A DNA stretch of 64,000 nucleotides, counting the filler, from Folioceros fuciformis (taxonomy: Eukaryota), in assembly GCA_049999805.1 (NCBI GenBank). It is 15 parts of 15 records of this genome, joined end to end, with 100 filler letters (N's around TTAATTAATTAA, not from the genome) between each part and the next. Parts side by side here need not be neighbours in the genome. Positions count along the whole stretch, not along the records: positions 10,531 to 21,461 come from JBNGIO010000781.1; positions 21,562 to 23,862 come from JBNGIO010000782.1; positions 23,963 to 34,374 come from JBNGIO010000783.1; 12 more parts are not named here. The stretch is one strand, 5' to 3'. The position numbers and the translations under genes are program-made. This document shows positions 12,681 to 26,103 of the stretch, piece by piece. Each line of letters begins with the position of its first letter. The first letter of the stretch is position 1. The notes under the pieces were generated by a model. That model worked only from the letters and a program-made list of their open reading frames with translations. It searched no databases and was not told the DNA's origin.

Positions 12681-15275
12681 TCCATGCAGCCCATATTTTA
12701 TGGGCTCCATGGAACAAGTGCCCGATCCAACCACCGCGTGTTTAAGACGAATCGGTACCTGGGCGCGTTGCTTTCTCAGTGTTGCGGAACACGGCCAGCT
12801 GAGGCCGCAGCAGAATGCCAGCCTGTAGCAACCGATGTTTCTCGTGCTTTGGTGCACTACGCTAAGACCACCATCATTCCGCAGCAGACTATGGGGGAGA
12901 TTCTGGTGAAGGAGAGAGATCTTCGTCCTCAGGGCCATGCAACTTTCTCGTCTTCAGCATCTAATGAATCTCAATCTTCGTGCCTCGGTCCCTAATGAAT
13001 CTCAATCTTCGTGCCTCGGTCCACGAGCGCGTTGTCCTCAAATGCGTTCACAGGGTTGCTCGCAGCACAATTAGAGGCTGAAATGGAAGCATTCATGTGT
13101 TGGGTGAGATGGGAGGGAGGAAAAAAAAAAAACTTGTATTGGGTGATGGCCGGGATGGCTGGATCGGACGCCCCGGAAGCCGCCCACTACCTAAACAGCC
13201 AAGTTGATTAGCTTGAAAAATCGGGACCATATACTATGGTGTCCATGTGGGTATTTCATATAAGTGTCCCTATCATGGTTTATCTCTTTAATAAGTAGAT
13301 GGATTATTTTATTTTATTTTAAAATAAAAAAGTTCGTCTTTTTAAGATTAAGCTATTTCTATCTATGCGTGGTCGCCGATTTGCGCCTAGAATCTGACAC
13401 GAGTGCTTCCTTACCATTTAACACTTCCTAGCCCACCAGGAAAATGGGACATACTTGAGGTCGTCTTGCCATAGAAATGTCTTCGCAGCATATTCTTTGA
13501 TCAGTTGAGGATCGTTGTTGTTGTGATTGTGAGTTTAGGGCACTAGTCAAAGTTCCTGGATGTTGGGAGCCTCTGACACTCTGTGCATTGCTTGTCTTGA
13601 CTGCCGTTCTGGCCAATGATGGCTGCATCGCTTGTCTTGTCTCCCGTTCTGGTCAATGATGGCTGCATCGCTTGTCTTGTCTCCCGTTCTGGCCCATGTG
13701 GGCTGCATCCTATTCTCTTCTGCCTATCGTGCTAGTGTCTGCAACCCTCTTGTGCGGTGGTTGTAGTGAGTGCTCACCCCGTGTTCGGATTCTGACGCAC
13801 TCCCGCCCTTCACCCAAAGGCTTGGTGTCAGGAGCATTGGACTGGATAACAATACTTTTGAAGGAATGCACAGCCGTTCCATGTTTCTTAACTCTGCACC
13901 CAGCACTTCATTCCGAGGCAGGGTGGTCCAGCTGGGTTGGAGTGGGGATGCCGATCGGTCCATGAAAGCTCTTTTGGATGCCGCTGTCAGGTGTTCATCT
14001 CATTTACGTCCGTCCCTGCCGATGTCATAGTGTTTCTTTGACACGTACCAGTAATCTCAGTTTTCTGTTGGGCTAGACAGGTTATTGAATCCAGAGATGG
14101 AGAACTCAGCGTCTCTTCTTGTTGAGACTTTGGTAACGTCCCTTGCACAGCACCTCTCTGCTCAAATGGCACCTCATCGCTGCTGATCTTCGGTCTTGTA
14201 GCACCCATGGAAACTGCTCAACTCCAACTCGTGGGCCTGAAGAGTTCATCGCTGTTTGTATTTTGTCAGGCTGTTAAGCCCCAACCCCAAATCGAGAGAG
14301 AGAAGCATTGATCCTGCTTGAGGATGTGGTTACAGAGTCCCATCCAGCTCAATCTGCTGGCAGCTTCATGTTCACTCCTGTCACATGGAAGCAGATGCAT
14401 ATGAGTGAAACAAGTGTCGAGCGATTTATCGAATTGCTTGTCGTGTTCCTGCTCAAGGTTTTGATAATCCGTTAGCATTTATTATGTCTGAATCGACAAA
14501 GCATCAAAGTAACTCTAGTACAGCATTTCATGGAGATGGGCTTTACTATTACTCCAACCTGTACTGGGGGATATGGAGGAGATACATCTGCCTCATTCTC
14601 ACCTCATTACACGATGACAGTAAGTATGGTAGCTTTAGCATTGCTACTCTTAACAGGGCATTTACAGTTTCCTAACACACACGACCCAGGCAGGGCAAGA
14701 CGTCATCATCAGTATGCTTGTGCCGCATGAAGTTCCTGAAGGAAAGCTGATTGTATTATGGAAAAGCAAAGAACGTGGTTGTTTGGAAAGAGAATTTGTG
14801 TTTCATGTTGTGGAGACTGGTGAACTATCCAGAAAGAGCAGCTGACGGAGACTTCGCAGATGCGTCGAGGCCTACCGGGCTGGCGGAGCACTGAAGTGGT
14901 GAGCAGGAGGAAATGCCATCACGAGAAGTAAAAGTCGATACGATTCCTAGACGAGGAGAAACGGGAGGTCCTATGGCATATGCCGTCGTACACGCCTTCG
15001 CGACGCCAGGAGGGTGGTGTCAAAACCTGGACGTCAACTTCTTACGAAGGATGGAACACTACCTCCTTACTCAGAAGAAGGCCGACAGGTTTTCAAGGTA
15101 TTAATCCGACGGTCGTATTGGCAAGGCATATTTCATGTCTCAGGTCCCCAAAGATTTGAACACGACCGCCCATCAGGTACAAGAAAAGTATTTTCTGAGT
15201 CCGAGAACATGAAGGAACGAACGTTGTTGACGACTCCATTCGGCACCTTCCATCTCCCAAACTCCATCCGGCACC

Positions 15276-18200
15276 TTACGTCTCCCAAAACTTCGTCGGA
15301 TCGGGACTGTAGAGGCTATAGTCTTGTATTTCTACATTGCTGATATGTAAATCAACCACCCAGCATTGCAGAAGATCGCATAGTAAGAGCAAACCCGGGA
15401 ACAGCCACCTAGTGTTCTCTTCCCTGCCATTGTGAGATAATGTTAGTACAGAAGTTAGACGACCCACCAAAGCTAATACAACAAACAAATACGATCGGGA
15501 GATGGAGAGGATAATTTTGAAAATTACGCATTAAAGTGCAAGGATTCTAGGTTCTCGTGTACTGTTGAGATCTGCCCGAGCCTAGAGGTGACAAAACCAT
15601 ATACCAAGGCAGAGATCTGCACAACAACAGTAACCCGACCATGTATGAACAATTTGAAAATCATCCACTTGAACCTGCTTCGGTTGTAACCTCACAGAAT
15701 AGACACGTAATCGTTCTACAGTAAGCAGCCACTCCAATTGGAAATATCATGACAACGGCAGAAATCTTACGGCGTTTGCCATAGACGTGACATTCCAAAG
15801 GGCATAAAGTCGAGTTAGCCCAGGCGCATTACGGCCAAAGCTGAAAAGAGCATTCAGCCCGGCAGCAATGGATAACATCGGAGCAAGTGGAAGTACTAGG
15901 AGGAACAAGAGGAAAGAAATAAAAGAAATAGATAGGTACTGGAAGAATGTAAGCCCTGTTAAGCTTAAGTCGGCCAGTATGAGAAACAAGAGAATTAACC
16001 CCACAAGAGCCTGCAACCAGGAGTTACAAGTTTTGTTAGCCTCTGAAGACGAGATCTAGTGCAAACAGAAAGAAAATCGCAGAACACTTGCCTGATGACC
16101 GGGGGGTTTTGTATTCTGTAATATGCGTGAAAGTGGGAATAGGAGATCCCTTCTGTCCTTCAAAGATACCAGTGACTCTTCATGAATAATACCAACACCA
16201 AGTCTCCTCCGGGACGAACCCAAACTTGAGTAATTTGCACTTGATGACCACTGCTGGGAAGGGAGAAGGGGAGCACTTTCGCTATCTCTGTAGTTAGACC
16301 TGCAAGTTTATCCCAGGTTACAGGTGGACAATATGGAGCACACTATACATCGACGAAGAGTACCTAGCTGAGACAGTCACCTGTCAAACTGTGGTGGGAT
16401 GGATCCTATAAGATTCGAAGGGTCCTGTGACGAATACTCAGCAACATTTACCACGATGCCAAGTTGAAAACTTCTAGAGGAAGTGGCTTGAAACCAGGCC
16501 AGATCTACCCGAACGCCGTGTTCAAGAAACCAGGGGTTCGCATGACTGTCCAGCCATTGTACAACTGGAAGCAGACTGCGGCGCAGACTACCCCTTCGCA
16601 CCACACGAAGCTGTGCATTCAAGCCTGCCACAAACCGATACCACATAGTTGCAGGCATTACCTGCATTAAAAACTTTAAGGAATCAGTACTTGAGAATTA
16701 ACTTTAATTCTTTATCCATTGCTTCATCCCAGCTCAGGACATAGTTGACAACAACCTCAAAAGCACGTTGTCCAGGGACACACCTGCCCCAGAAGACTTG
16801 TAAGCAGATTGTCACTATGCAGACTGTACGGGGCCATATAGCTCCCATCGCCGCCAAAAATAATTGACGTTGGTAGTCGTTGAAGGAGCTTTGGAGGAAG
16901 GTCAGGTCTCTTCTCATCCCCACCGAGAAATACATCGATGTATGCTAGCATTAGATCTGGTGTTGCTGCAACCTGCAACCCACATGCTTCAGTTGAGCTC
17001 AGAAGACATAGCACACGAGAGCACGCCTCAGGCCAACAACTAGCTAGTGGCGTCTGGAGGGGAGGTGAACAGACCTTCAGCCCTTCATACAATGCCCTTG
17101 ATCTACAAGATCGAAGACATGCGTGATCATACTCTGAACGTACAAAGTCCCTGAGCCGCTGGACCTTTTTTCTGCGTCTCCACTGTTGCCAAGACCATGC
17201 AAAAGGGTATGCCAACACTGATAAAATACTATGCACTGAGCCTTCCCACCATGGATATGCAGCCAGCCTATTTAGCTCATCGGCAAATCGATTAAAAGCA
17301 TCCTCATACCTGCTAACACAAAAGCCAGGTCAGACGGTTCCTATGGTGAGCAAAAACTCATGTCTACGAGGTGGAAACATACACATGCTCCTTGATTTGT
17401 TCTGGGGGCGATGGAGGTAAATGCCAGGGTTCACCAAACGAGTTACAACCCATAAAAAAAATCCTGTGCACATGAGAGTGAGATTCTTCCACCCGGTTGT
17501 TTTCCATAACCTACCATCACACAACAGACAATCAGTACCACCCCCACCTACAGGCCGGCTCGTTACAAGCAGTCAAGAAAGAAGGGATTCCAAGGAGGAT
17601 GTAGTCCAGGCAAGAAGAGCTACTAACAACATTTCCTTATTCAAATCATACAATTGTAACTTGGAAATAATTTGCGGTGTTTACATCGTGTTAACACACC
17701 TCATTCAAAGACTCCAGAAACGGAAATGAGTGATCAATATGTGTCCCATGGCGTGTTGGTGTCGGGCCAGAGAAGTCATCTGTCCCGATCAACTTCATGC
17801 GGGCAACACTTAAGACAAGGGCCAGAAGCACCATAGTTCCAGCCAGAAGGACAGTAAACAACCACGGGCCTCCAAGTGCATGGATGACCTCCTCCAATGG
17901 GGTGTAGCAATAGGGCATGCGATACTTGTCTGAAACGCACTGGTAGGGGCAGAAAGGATCTGTTGCTCCACCTGAGCCCATGAAAATGTCAGCACCACTT
18001 TCACCCTTCTACCCATCAAGTCTGTACCATGATCTCTGGAGAAGCAACCATACCACGGATATATGTGAAAAATGCTCGTCGCGGAAGCTGCTCAGGAGGG
18101 CATTCCTTGCACAGAGAGCTGTCTGAACCTGTCACGTTCTTATAAGTACCAGTCGGGCACTCCTGCGTGTTTTCAGAGGCACAGCTGTCAGAAACTGTGC

Positions 18201-21200
18201 CCCAAAGGAATTTCCGAGCCAAACAGAAAAACGCCAGTTTGGATGAAATACATGTCTAGCTAGATTGACCAACTACATGCCGACCTCAAAACACCATGCA
18301 TGTCATGCATTTGAGTCAACAACATACCTCACAAAACACACCATTTAATCCACTGGGACATTTCTTCCCACTAATAGTCCCATCCTCTCCTGGGAGCCCT
18401 TCATCACTTCCGGCTCCTCCTCTGGAAATTCCCACAATCTTTCAAGACATTCCCTTCATGGATACAATTCATGTGTTGCTAAAAATACAGCACATACCGT
18501 GCGTGAATGATTCCTTTCACATTAGCAATAGGGACGAAGTCCTCCCCAGTTGCAATGTTTGACCAATGGAAGTGCACCCTTCCACCAGCTCCGCCACCCC
18601 CTCCTATGGAACCTCCAGATCCACCTGCGCTGGTGACTAGGGAGTTGTTTCCAAGAGTAAGGGTTTGCAAGAAGACCAAGACAGTGCCACCAGAACCACC
18701 TCCCGCACCCCATGTCTCATTCCCGTCTGAAATAATGCTCGCCCCATCAGCAGTTACCGATCCATATACATCCAAGCTGGAAAGGGGGTGGTCTAGTGAA
18801 CCAAGAACTGGATCATATTAAAATGGACAAAATCAATATGAATGTTCCAGAAGTCAGCTATGGCAGGCACTTAAGTAGCTTACAGTAATTACCATCAAAC
18901 TCAATGCCAATAAAAACCAAGAAACCTTACCAACTACTCCTCCGCCTGCTGAACTCTGCCCGGAACTAGAAGTCCCACCGCCACTCCCCAACTCACATGG
19001 AAGGTCCTCAGTACCATACTTAGGGCCGCCTTCAGTCCAAGTGCCATCGAAATACCCACGACCTCCTATTCCTCCATGTCCCGCACCACCCCCCGCACCC
19101 ATGTCTGATGAGCTGCCTTTCCCCACTCCGTCCCTACAACCTGCGCTAGTCAACATTTCATGTAAGAGGAAAGACAATGACGGTCATATGGAAGCACGGA
19201 AATCAGCAAAAACCAACCAACCTAATCCAGATGCAGATATAATTCCTGCAGAAGCCACGGTGATAGTTCTTGCGCGCTGTACATGAACAATACTTCCCAA
19301 CATAGAGCCCTCAACTGCTACATCTTCCACACGACACACCTGGTCCGATGATAAGAAGCCAATTGAATTACATGAGATTCCAGGTCTACAGATTGCAGAT
19401 AAAAATGAACCCATCAATCATTTCCACAGACTCTAAGCCGCACACGTGTTTGTAAATATGATCAAAGTGAAGGAACCAAACCTGGAGAGTGAAGGGAGTC
19501 GAGGTGTTAACCGTGCAGTCTTCCGAAGGGCTGAAAACCTCCACAGGACATATTGCACTCCCACAATACAGTGTTTCTAACCTGCAAATATTACAAATGT
19601 CTTATTACAAATTAGTTCATAGACTACAAATGTCATGCTCTAGGAAAGATTTACCACACATTTCATAACAAGGAAAAACACTTACTCCTCAGAAATTGAG
19701 GAAACTTCATCAAGTGGAGCCTGTAGCAATGCACCAGGTCCTATCTGTTCCAAAGAGAGAGAATTGTCTCAATTTATCATCCCTTGACTATGAATCAGAA
19801 TATCAGACACTCCTTCAACTGGCTACAGACCAACAGGACAAGCTCAATCCCCATGGTAAGCACATGTTCAAGCACAAACAGGACACAGGTTAGCAGAGTT
19901 GTCGTACATGTATAGTGTAGAACAAAGACAAGAAGATGCGTTGCGCAGTTATGGTGTCGCCTAAGTTGGAAAGCTTGAGTAGTCCTTGTCCGTGAATACC
20001 TAGATTTGCATTAGACTTAATCATCGACCCATCCTGCAGAATAGAAAGTTGAAGTTAACAGTAACAATCATTGTAGACCCCACAAAGAGTTTGAAGGTGA
20101 CAGACACAAAAAATTAACAAATAATCCCACTCGGTGGTCACTGTCTTCTCACCTTCAAAACTGCTAGATTGCTCGCCTCCAGTATTGATGTCCCAACTAG
20201 TGCGTCCCCCCGTCCATCGATCTCAACCACTGAATTCCATAACAAAAGCATCTTCACCACGAGCTTCAACGCTCCATACACCTGAGATAGCAATCAAGGT
20301 TAACCGAGAGCCTGTTGGAGAGCAACTCTCTTCACACAGCAGGAATGCAGTTTACCTTCATCGATGCATTATTCATCAGGACTTCATCGGCAGCTAATTC
20401 AAACTCTGAATTTGGATAGCGGGAGAGCCCGAAGCTAAGACTGCTCCGATCTGTCACTGCTACTGCGACCCGCACCTATAGTGTGTTGAAATGCAAAAAT
20501 TAGGCCTTTGACAAAAAAGAACATCAATACTGCCAGTTCTGAATTTTTTTTAGAATCGTAGCACAAACCTGGAATCTGCTCCAAAGCAAGGGGATGGCAG
20601 CCCTTGCATTATCCTCAATGAAGACATTTGCCCAGAGTGGATGACTAGGGAAATCAAGTAAAAGAGTGTCTGTCTGAGTGGATTTATTGCTGTTACTAAC
20701 AAACAAACTCTGTGGCACAACATCAAAGCGAGTGCCTGCTGCACCAGCATTGGCAGGACAAGCAAGACTTTCACCACCTGTTCAATAAAACAAGCATGTG
20801 TAAGGTCCAAGACAACTCCAATGACGAGGCATTGGATGCAGGAAATACAAGGTCGTAGAAACTGCCTCATACTCCAGATATTACCCACATGGGTGATATG
20901 AAAATGACTAAAATTAGTGCAAACTAGCATCCATACAGCAATAAACAAAACCAGCTTACAAGTCAAATGTCTGCAACACAACCCCATGGAAAAAGTCTGA
21001 GGGAAAAACCATGAGCAAATATCCTCACGCCTTCCTGCCTCAAGCAGTCAATTGCTACACGACCTCCTCCACCTCCTCCTCGGCCAGTGCCACCTGCCAC
21101 ACTTATTTCCCCAGATCCCTTTCTGCACAAGTGGGGTGGAAGATCAGGTGGTCACATATTCCCCACAAATCAAGAAAGGAAAGATGCAGATAGCTACCAA

Positions 21201-21461
21201 AACTGTGTCCCCAACAACCATCTGCCTCTGCTGCTGAACGTGAGCTGAACAAGAAAAAACCTAGAAACCTATGCGAACAATTCAAGAAAGACATGTTCCA
21301 CTTCAACATGTGTATAACCACATTTCCAGCTATGACATTTGAGAGTGGCAGTCTACAACATCTTCTGGGGTTCCAAGATGCCTCAAGAAGCTGATCTTAC
21401 ATTATTTCTGCTGATATAGTGATGCTTCCACCTGATCCACCACCTCCTTTCTCCCCAACGG
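15276..21461 (-). CDS. Large multi-exon Gly/Cys-rich membrane protein, At5g11700/At4g32920-like; 5' end lost at contig break
   Basis: GGGSGG repeats, CPTGTYKNVTGSD, CYTPLEE, RSEYDHACLRSCRSRALYEGLKVAATPDLMLAYIDVFLGGDEKRPDLPP and C-terminal EIQDYSLYSPDPTKFWET*; many canonical introns. Confidence 0.92.
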
Positions 21462-21561
21462 NNNNNNNNNNNNNNNNNNNNNNNNNNNNNNNNNNNNNNN
21501 NNNNNTTAATTAATTAANNNNNNNNNNNNNNNNNNNNNNNNNNNNNNNNNNNNNNNNNNNN

Positions 21562-22400
21562 TGTACCTGAGTGTTGTACTTAGCTTCCCTAAGGAGTAGG
21601 AGGTTGTCCAGGATGCACCCTTTTGAATGAACCCTCGTTGCTCTTTCTGAATCCAATCATCAAGAAATGGAGTAATTCGGTTAGCCAATACCTTAGCAAT
21701 CACCTTGTATGTGGTAGTAAGCAAGGTAATTGAGCGCTAGTTGGAGATTGATAAACTGGTGTCTTGCTTAGGGAGCAGGGAGATAACCCCCATATTGAAC
21801 CAGCTCCGCATGCTACCTTCTTCCCAAAACATACTGATAGCCTCCATGAATAACGGCTGCATAAATTCCCAACCCCAAAGCAGGAACTCGGGAGGGATAT
21901 TGTCATGTCTTAGGGATTTATCTCTCGGCATCCCCTTCAGGGCCTCGAACACCTCATCAGCAGTTATCGGCCTATCCAGAGCCCTGCGCTGGTTCTTGGA
22001 CACTTTAGCCGAAAGCGCACCGTAAGAAGAAGACCAAAGCTGTTCCCACCCTGCCACCTTCCCAACACTGGAGAAGATGCCAACAAAGAAGAGGGTAATA
22101 AGTGTCTTTAAACCTTCGAGCGATTCTTGCACCATGCAGTGCGCGTTTGGAAGGGTAGGAATTCACGTCTTATGTTGGTTAGCGGCCACCTTATCAAAGA
22201 AGAATTTAGAGGGGCCATCCCCCTCCCTCACCCACTTAACTTTGGCCCTCTTAAACCATCCCCTGGCCCTGTCTTCTTCCAACTTGGCCAAGGCGCACTG
22301 CACCTCTATTTTTCGAGTCTCTTCCGCACTTGTGAAATCTCGGCCCTCACCGCTCCTTTGTAGCCAACACAATTCCTTCCTCAAAAAACATTCTTGCTAG
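21562..22400 (-). mobile_element. L1-type LINE ORF2 (RT N-terminal region), degenerate
   Basis: KWVREGDGPSKFFF, PITADEVFEALKGMPRDKS and ISLLPKQ...RSITLLTTTYKVIAKVLANR...EQRGF. Confidence 0.92.
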
Positions 22401-23759
22401 CGGTGTTCTCTTGTTCGTTGACCATCTTGCCTCCTCAAATACCTAGTCGCCTCAGTGTTAGCACTCATCAATTTGATTGCTGCATTACCATGTTCAATGC
22501 CTTAACGTTGGTAAGTGTACTTCATGTAGGAACTAATGAGGTTAAAAAGTTGGTCATATCTTCAAACAATGTTATGCATTGTTTCTTTGCTACATTGGAA
22601 GATGTCTTGGGATTTGGAGCATTTGTTCACATAGCCTTGTTGTTTCACACATAGCTCGTCCCAACAAAGAGTTTGCTTCAACTTGTAATTTCTCTAAGAT
22701 GTTGGATAAACTAGTTTCTATGAGTTCTCCAATGTGTGTGGTCATAGATCGAGGTAGGAATTATGGTGACGTGGCAACCAAATCTGACAAAAATTTTGCA
22801 GCTGGTACTTGAAATGCTTTGGCCGTGCCTATATTTCATATGAGTCTTTTTCAAGAAACCCAACCAATTTTTAGTGGACATTAAGCTCTCCACTAAAAGC
22901 AGTTTCCTGTCGATTGCATTTTGCACTAGATCATTGTCATCGACCTCACCATTTAGGTCGATATCGGGCCATGGGTAAGGACCGAGCTCATTACCAGAAT
23001 CGAGATTCAACAATGGGAAGAGACTAGTTGTACTAGCCGAATCAATATCAATCGATGGGTGAGAACCATTTTCACCTACCGAATCCACATCTTGACATAG
23101 GATGCTAGCTCTAGTGCAGAAGCTTAGAGTCTTTGAGCTTGTTTCAAAGTCAAGCTTCAACCTATTTCGTTCCACAACTATCAACATCAAATTGGAGTAA
23201 GAGGTCCTTGTTGTTTGCCTTTCAAATGATTTTGTGGACTCCGTCCAAAACGTGAGTCCCTTGTCAAAGAAAGGGACATGAGTTTGAAGTACAATTGAGA
23301 TATAGTCGCCCAATCTAAGGATGCCAAACACGCTTTTCCATGTGCTTTACTTTACAAAGCAGTAATATCATATCCATAACTCCTATTGGGGAGCCCAGCG
23401 TTCCCGGGCAGAGCCGGGGCGATCTAAGAACACTCAAAGCATCGAACCCCACCTTGGTACGAAGTAGCGTCATCGAGTTGTAATACCCGGACGGGTGCAT
23501 GCAACCAATTATTAAAAGTAAGAACTCCACAGGTAACGCTCTGAGGCCGAGATTGCATCCTTTCAGGATTTGTACATGTGAACACCCTTGAAGTCCATCC
23601 GAACACCTTTGAAGTCCATCCGAACACCCTTGAAGTCGATCTGTAGTAGGATGTGATTCACTCCAATTCTGCATATTAGGCAAGTTGGCCTCACTCCTCG
23701 TGGGTCCCGGGCCCCAACAAGAACGTTTTTTCAAGTACAGTATTTTGGAGGTGCTTCCA

Positions 23760-23862
23760 TTAGCGCTGATGGAACTGTCCCTTCTCTCAGCATTGATGGA
23801 ACTGTCCCTTCTCTTAGCATTGATGGAACTGTCCCTTCTCTTAGCATTGATGGAACTGGACT
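23760..23862. repeat. 27-bp tandem repeat
   Basis: CATTGATGGAACTGTCCCTTCTCTTAG, about 4 copies to the contig end. Confidence 0.9.
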
Positions 23863-23962
23863 NNNNNNNNNNNNNNNNNNNNNNNNNNNNNNNNNNNNNN
23901 NNNNNNTTAATTAATTAANNNNNNNNNNNNNNNNNNNNNNNNNNNNNNNNNNNNNNNNNNNN

Positions 23963-24821
23963 ACAGGTCGCGTTTCTTTCCATTGTAATCCTCAAACTTT
24001 GCAGGAGTTCAAAAACTTGTCTGATGTCCTGTCTTGTTTCCAGGGTATACTGGATGGCGAGATCTGTCGCAAGATCCAATTCTTCTACTCTGTTCCTGAT
24101 AAATTCCTGATTTGAGATAACCAATGATAGGGATTTCTCCACTCTCATAGATGTAGCCAGAGATTTGTCAGCAATGCTCCGGCTGCTACTTTGCTGGTGA
24201 CTGAATTCAGTATGTCTGGAATTTGTAGGCATATCAACAGGTGGTGGATTCTCCTTGTGCTTGTATTTGAAGCCGTCAGGGTTTATCCCTCTCTTCAAAC
24301 AGCGAGATTTGAACTCAGTGTCAGCAATTTGATTCCAATCGGGTTGCTGAGAAGGGGGTTTGTGAAGTCCACACCGTGAATGTTTATCTGCAAACTTCCG
24401 TAGCCAAAGATTAGCGTAGTCCTATTTGTAGAGATCTGAAACTTCTTTTCCAGACAAGCTGTGTGGTAATCTTTGAGGGTATCTCCCTCCGTGACTACCT
24501 CGGCTTCTTTGGTTCAGATCCCTGTTGGGATTACGCGTCCTTGGCATTCTCAAAGGACTTGATCAAGTAGCAGAGCATGAGGCTTTGATACCATGTGAAT
24601 TTACGGGCATGAAATATGCACGCATTTGTGATCGAGAGCTGAGGGGAACAGAAGCACGAAACTCAGGTACACAAAATTGATTAAGTGAATAAACAAATGT
24701 CTCAGGCATGTTTTATACTAAACCCTAATATTGAAAGGATATGAAAGTAATTCTATATATGTCCAACCCTAACCAGACATAACTAACTTAAGCATAGTCC
24801 AGGGTTAATCATAACTTAACA
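23963..24821 (-). mobile_element. 5' end of an LTR element (LTR 24594-24821, tRNA-iMet PBS, first ORF) nested in a copia RT
   Basis: Minus strand TGTTAAG...ATTCACA followed directly by TGGTATCAAAGC (24582-24593). The host RT resumes at 24822 (YQLDVCIAFLYG). Confidence 0.85.
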
Positions 24822-26103
24822 TCTATCAGCTGGACGTTTGTATAGCTTTCCTCTATGGTCACTTGGAAGAAGAGATCTACATGGATCAACCTGAGGATTA
24901 TGAGGATAAGAGATTCCCACATAAGGTGTGTAAACTCTCCTTCGTTCTATTTATGGGCTCAAACAAAGTCCTCGATTGTGGTACAAGAGAATTGACTCTT
25001 ATCTTAAGAAGATTGGCTTCATGCAAAGCAAAGCAGATACTAATCTATATGTGCTACAAAAAGATAGCTCGCTTGTTTTGATAGCGTTATACGTGGATGA
25101 CTTAGTTATCCCCATTAACAATGTGGATTTGGTTAACCAGATCAAGGCTGATCTTAGCAAGGAGTTTGAAATGAAAGATTTGGGTCAAGTTAAATACATT
25201 ATTTGAATGCATGTACACAAAGACAGGTCCACTAGAGCAATCTACCTTCATTAAGGTCGATATGTAGCCGGGATGCTCAAGAGGTTCAACCTGGAGAATG
25301 CACGAGCAACTACCACCCGAGGTGCTGTTGGTGTTAAGCTCTCCTCATCTTCTTGTGCACAGTTTGACGAAGAGAAAAAGGAAATGAAGAGTGTACCCTA
25401 TCGTATGGCAGTTGGTACCCTCATGTTTCCAAGCAACTGGAAAAGACCAGACATATCTAATGCTGTTAATGTAGTTGCCCAATTCTCTGAGAACCCAAGA
25501 AGGGATAACTGGGTAGCACTTAAAAGAATTATGCGGTATCTCAAGGGTACTCCTAACTATGGTCTTTGCTACAAGCTTAGTGGGAAAAGGAGTCTACAAG
25601 TGACTTGCTATGTTGATGCAGATTGGGCTTCCGATGCAGACACCCGAAAGAGTCTATCAGCTTATTGCTTCCTCGCCACCCCTACTATTGTAAATTGGCC
25701 TTGTACAAAACAAGCCTCTATATCTTTATCTTCCACGGAGTCAGAGTAAAAAGCACTCACACAAGCCACAAAGGAGGCTGAGTGAGAAAGGAAGTTATGC
25801 GAAGACTTGGGTATGCAACAAGCAGGACCTACGCTTATTAACTGTGATAATATGTCAGCCATCGCCCTGGTTTCTAACCCTATGTTTCAAGCCCGCACTA
25901 AGCACATTGAGATTCAACATCACTATGTTAGAGATGTTGCTGAGAGGGGCTTAGTGAAGATACATTATGTATCAACAGATGATAATACGGCCAATGTACT
26001 AACAAAGTCTCTGCCCAAGTTTGAACACTGTTTCCATAGTAAAGACCTTGGATTTGTAGATTGTAGTAGCTATGTGACGCTAGACAAATCACTCGTTTGG
26101 TGA
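24822..26103 (+). mobile_element. Ty1/copia RT-RNase H, degenerate
   Basis: EEEIYMDQP, LYVDDL, FEMKDLG, YVDADWASD and FQARTKHIEIQHHYVRD; a PPT-like AAGAGGGAG follows at about 26337. Confidence 0.95.

Noticed and set aside
13428-15270. Short ORFs between the Harbinger element and the large gene
   Set aside because: No recognisable domain or consistent exon chain; probably UTR or intergenic.
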